From positions 1-6,606 of the forward strand of contig CAZNZM010000013.1 in the NCBI GenBank assembly GCA_964577555.1: DNA of 6,606 nucleotides. The letters are read 5' to 3'. The stretch comes from an uncultured archaeon (GTDB taxonomy: Archaea; Iainarchaeota; Iainarchaeia; Iainarchaeales; Iainarchaeaceae). A model generated the notes under the pieces. That model was not told the DNA's origin. It worked only from the letters and a program-made list of their open reading frames with translations, and did no database searches. Below are positions 5,501 through 6,606 of this stretch, in pieces (position 1 is the stretch's first letter; every line of letters begins with the position of its first letter). A program made the position numbers and the translations under genes.

Positions 5501-6606
5501 AGTTGCAAGAAAAGAAATGATTTTTTTCCAACCAATAAAAAGCGAAAATAAAAATTTTTTATTTGACATGGGGATTGCACCGAAGATGGCTGAACATAAT
5601 CATCTGTTAGGTACTGGTTGGTTTATTGAAAGGGTCAATCCAAATGTAAAAAAAACATTATTGCATAATTCATACTCATTTCCAATAGTTTTAGATTATT
5701 CAATAGCTTATCTTTCTTTAACCCCTGAATTTGAATACATTTCCGAATTAGAACAACGGTTTGTGGGAAATCTTTCAAATTCAGATTCTATTAAATTTGA
5801 ATTCATGAAACCGCCTATTTCCGCATATTTCCTTATTAGAGAGAAAGACGATGGCCCAATAACAAACCTAGTAAATTCATTGAATATTATGTTAAAAGAT
5901 GAAGGAAAAAAGCCGTTGCAAATAAATAAACCTCTTTGGTATAAATTTTCAGAAAATGATTTGCTTTTTGGACATTACTCAAAAAACATCAAAATTTCCA
6001 TAAAAAGACCTGATGGCAAAACCATAATACTAACGCCAAAGGAATCGAAAATATCATGCCTGTTAATAATGGAAAATACAAATCAGTATTGCCTTGACGG
6101 CAAGTATGAATTTACTGCAGAATATTCTGGCTTGAAAGACATTGAACACTATGTTTTGAAGGGATTTGCAAATTATAATCGTGCTTCTGGCGGTTGGACT
6201 TTAGAACCTAATAACAAACCATCAGTTTCTTTGTCTGTTTCAAAAAATGAAAACATAGTTGAAGGAGATAATTTAACTTTTGAAGCTGTTGCTTCAGACT
6301 CAGACGGTATTGCATTTGTGCAATTTTATGATAATGGTGTTAAAATAGGAACTGACGAAAGTCCGCCTTATTCACTTCAAACTTCTTTAAACAAAGGCTC
6401 GCACGAAATAACTGCTTATGCTTTTGACACTTTTGGACTATTAGGTTCAAGCCCCAGTATTTTGCTTAATGTTAATGAAAATGTCGTGGTTACTAACATG
6501 CCGCCTGTTGTTTCTTTAACTTCGCCACTTGACAGAACAACCTACACAGCCCCAGCAAACATAACCATAACAGCAAACGCCAACGACCCAGACGGAACCA
6601 TAACAA
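2481..6606 (+). CDS. Giant lipobox-bearing multidomain S8 subtilisin-family serine protease (3' partial, at least 1375 aa, continues past the window)
   Basis: Translated by hand from ATG 2481 (in-frame TAA at 2475-2477 just upstream) to 6605 with no stop codon. The catalytic motifs are IIDSGID (Asp 3615-3617), HGHGTHVAG (His 3732-3734), AAAGNYG (Asn 4023-4025) and SGTSMSTPH (Ser 4272-4274). It is absent from the supplied track, probably because that track lists only ORFs closed by a stop within the window. Confidence 0.95.
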   Translation, partial: MHWLFLLVIFFYSLLAGCGEPVQEISVCGDGICFPNEISSCSADCVNLAGSVSPASVLPSETGSGSNPVTNNSDLSNVYLEFFPPNPAPQENMIIKAEATLKEDVPPGTFIDKISIDFGNGEVLESLCSNKKRCVVSFSKSFSSQGRFPVTAKVFSSNSVIGSNNYVAEVSYPDYSFTCDDSQLQTAGSGATENASRLEILKVSDFSTPDAGKDKNFSFYSFDEGPLLDRDFSESIKGDKVSLIVQFNSKSLIEKAKELKLNLPELSKNPELNYYLNYLKKEQETSFATLSKYFKGLKKKHSLLNVFNGVVIEVDVEDFKEAIVQVEKLGIVKKIYPDANVYPSLSNSVPNIKANQVWSLKDSRGLPLEGEGTVISIIDSGIDYKHSDLGGCFGPACKVIGGYDIVNNDSDPMDDHGHGTHVAGIAAGDGTLKGVAPKSKLLAYKIFDKYGSGKWSDILKAMDLSVDPNQDLDYSDSADVINLSLGGYGNSDDPISVAVDNIVDKGVVVVAAAGNYGLLGYMGAPSASRKAISVGASSGNEITDFSMNGPVFSNNLSEMFVKPDIVAPGLEICSALSSQLFKSGNCVDSTHTKMSGTSMSTPHISGLVALIKQAHPDWTPSEIKGAIVSSGIDLGYSHFVQGTGLVDSVEAINAKVITEPVSLGFISVNPFTEQTKNFVVKNLSANSLGVKVLLPSVVYESKIEETGFDTGYSSEHSPVNLGKRLLEKSFSASFSISQNSLCLSPKSFQNLALTFNSTNAPLGGYYTNAITFEVYSDCSFSNKLKETKMPIAIGRLNKALINFTQRNDKKGETIFRALDFFKKDELPIYFNFLLSKNENSKSFYFLKEPLEVVYTHVWAEKSNEKITNINFLYAVRQINFSDSSNGLLTININENEIPLLADDSERILRETNLELFGKYFELDRTLNNIRYDIPIATGRILETNACPSIKKFNQYFSIDDPSSTKWEFYTGFYAKDKGKSFYNAKNILMATNYIDNLKGKNSISFGSVARKEMIFFQPIKSENKNFLFDMGIAPKMAEHNHLLGTGWFIERVNPNVKKTLLHNSYSFPIVLDYSIAYLSLTPEFEYISELEQRFVGNLSNSDSIKFEFMKPPISAYFLIREKDDGPITNLVNSLNIMLKDEGKKPLQINKPLWYKFSENDLLFGHYSKNIKISIKRPDGKTIILTPKESKISCLLIMENTNQYCLDGKYEFTAEYSGLKDIEHYVLKGFANYNRASGGWTLEPNNKPSVSLSVSKNENIVEGDNLTFEAVASDSDGIAFVQFYDNGVKIGTDESPPYSLQTSLNKGSHEITAYAFDTFGLLGSSPSILLNVNENVVVTNMPPVVSLTSPLDRTTYTAPANITITANANDPDGTIT
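2532..2615 (+). other. Short Cys-rich module, C-x9-C-x4-C-x7-C-x3-C (CGEPVQEISVCGDGICFPNEISSCSADC)
   Basis: Five Cys in 28 residues directly after the signal peptide. It is followed by a low-complexity Ser/Pro/Gly linker (SVSPASVLPSETGSGSNPVTNNS). Confidence 0.6.
2709..2999 (+). other. PKD-like / Ig-like beta-sandwich domain
   Basis: IDFGNGEV...SFSKSFSSQGRFPVTAKVFSSNSVIGSNNYVAEV resembles the PKD signature (xDFGDG ... HxYxxxGxYxVxLxV). Assignment is by motif resemblance only. Confidence 0.5.
3195..3506 (+). other. Subtilase N-terminal propeptide (inhibitor I9-like)
   Basis: DKVSLIVQFNS ... LLNVFNGVVIEVDVEDFKEAIVQVEKLGIVKKIYPDANVY lies immediately upstream of the catalytic domain. This is the typical I9 pattern and position. 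Confidence 0.65.
3525..4440 (+). other. Peptidase S8 (subtilisin) catalytic domain
   Basis: Complete Asp-His-Ser triad plus the oxyanion Asn, in canonical order and motif context (see the CDS entry). It ends near GTGLVDSVEAINA. Confidence 0.95.
4449..4808 (+). other. Post-catalytic beta-sandwich-like segment (Fn3/CARDB-like position in subtilases)
   Basis: ITEPVSLGFISVNPFTEQTKNFVVKNLSANSLGVKV ... YYTNAITFEVYS shows an alternating hydrophobic pattern. Its placement is typical of accessory domains after S8 catalytic domains. Inference only. Confidence 0.4.
6219..6473 (+). other. Ig-like repeat 1 (bacterial-Ig-type, xSDSDGIxxVxFYxNGxxIG...PY...GxHxITAxAxD)
   Basis: PSVSLSVSKNENIVEGDNLTFEAVASDSDGIAFVQFYDNGVKIGTDESPPYSLQTSLNKGSHEITAYAFDTFGLLGSSPSILLNV matches the common Ig-like repeat pattern of secreted glycosidases and proteases. 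Confidence 0.7.
6501..6606 (+). other. Ig-like repeat 2 (partial, runs off the window)
   Basis: PPVVSLTSPLDRTTYTAPANITITANANDPDGTIT aligns with the start of repeat 1 (P-x-V-x-L-x-S ... N-[LI]-T-[FI]-x-A-x-A-x-D-x-D-G). Confidence 0.65.

Noticed and set aside
5592-5603. E-H-N-H tetrapeptide (MAEHNHLL) in the unassigned region, as a possible metal-binding or HNH/HEXXH-type motif
   Set aside because: It does not fit HEXXH spacing. It lacks the surrounding Cys/His/Asn context of HNH nucleases. It is too short to mean anything on its own.
1-6606. Search for CRISPR arrays, tRNA/rRNA genes, transposase or integrase genes, terminal inverted repeats, and toxin-antitoxin or defence gene pairs
   Set aside because: I saw no regularly spaced direct repeats, no cloverleaf-capable GC-rich segments outside the RNase P RNA, and no ORFs with recombinase, nuclease or toxin motifs. 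Besides the RNase P-internal duplicate, the only repeats are the protein-level Ig-like repeats.

Overview
AT-rich window (about one-third G+C by eye) with compact, mostly housekeeping content. I could not support any CRISPR array, mobile element, tRNA/rRNA or multi-gene novel system. Left to right: (1) a short KaiC/RadA-like ATPase on the minus strand (2-487); (2) a small secreted protein of unknown family with a non-ATG start (about 701-1165, +); (3) a hairpin plus T-tract terminator and a long T-skewed spacer (1166-1452); (4) an AlkA-family HhH-GPD DNA glycosylase (1453-2055/2067, -); (5) an RNase P RNA gene (about 2112-2411, +), which no ORF track can show and which is overlaid by two spurious minus-strand ORFs in the supplied track; (6) the dominant feature, an uninterrupted reading frame of at least 1375 codons (2481 to the window end, +) that is missing from the supplied track. 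I translated this frame codon by codon and found no stop. It encodes a lipobox signal peptide, a Cys-rich module, a PKD-like domain, an I9-like propeptide, a complete S8 subtilisin catalytic domain (Asp/His/Asn/Ser all present), a beta-sandwich-like segment, about 468 aa I cannot assign, and tandem Ig-like repeats that run off the window. TTTAWAWA-type elements sit 25-31 nt upstream of every gene or RNA start, and most starts lack a Shine-Dalgarno sequence. Together with the KaiC-like ATPase and the roughly 300-nt RNase P RNA, this suggests an archaeal (possibly DPANN-like) genome. That placement is inference, and a small-genome bacterium is not excluded. The most interesting targets are the giant surface protease with its unassigned central region and the AU-rich expansion inside the RNase P RNA.
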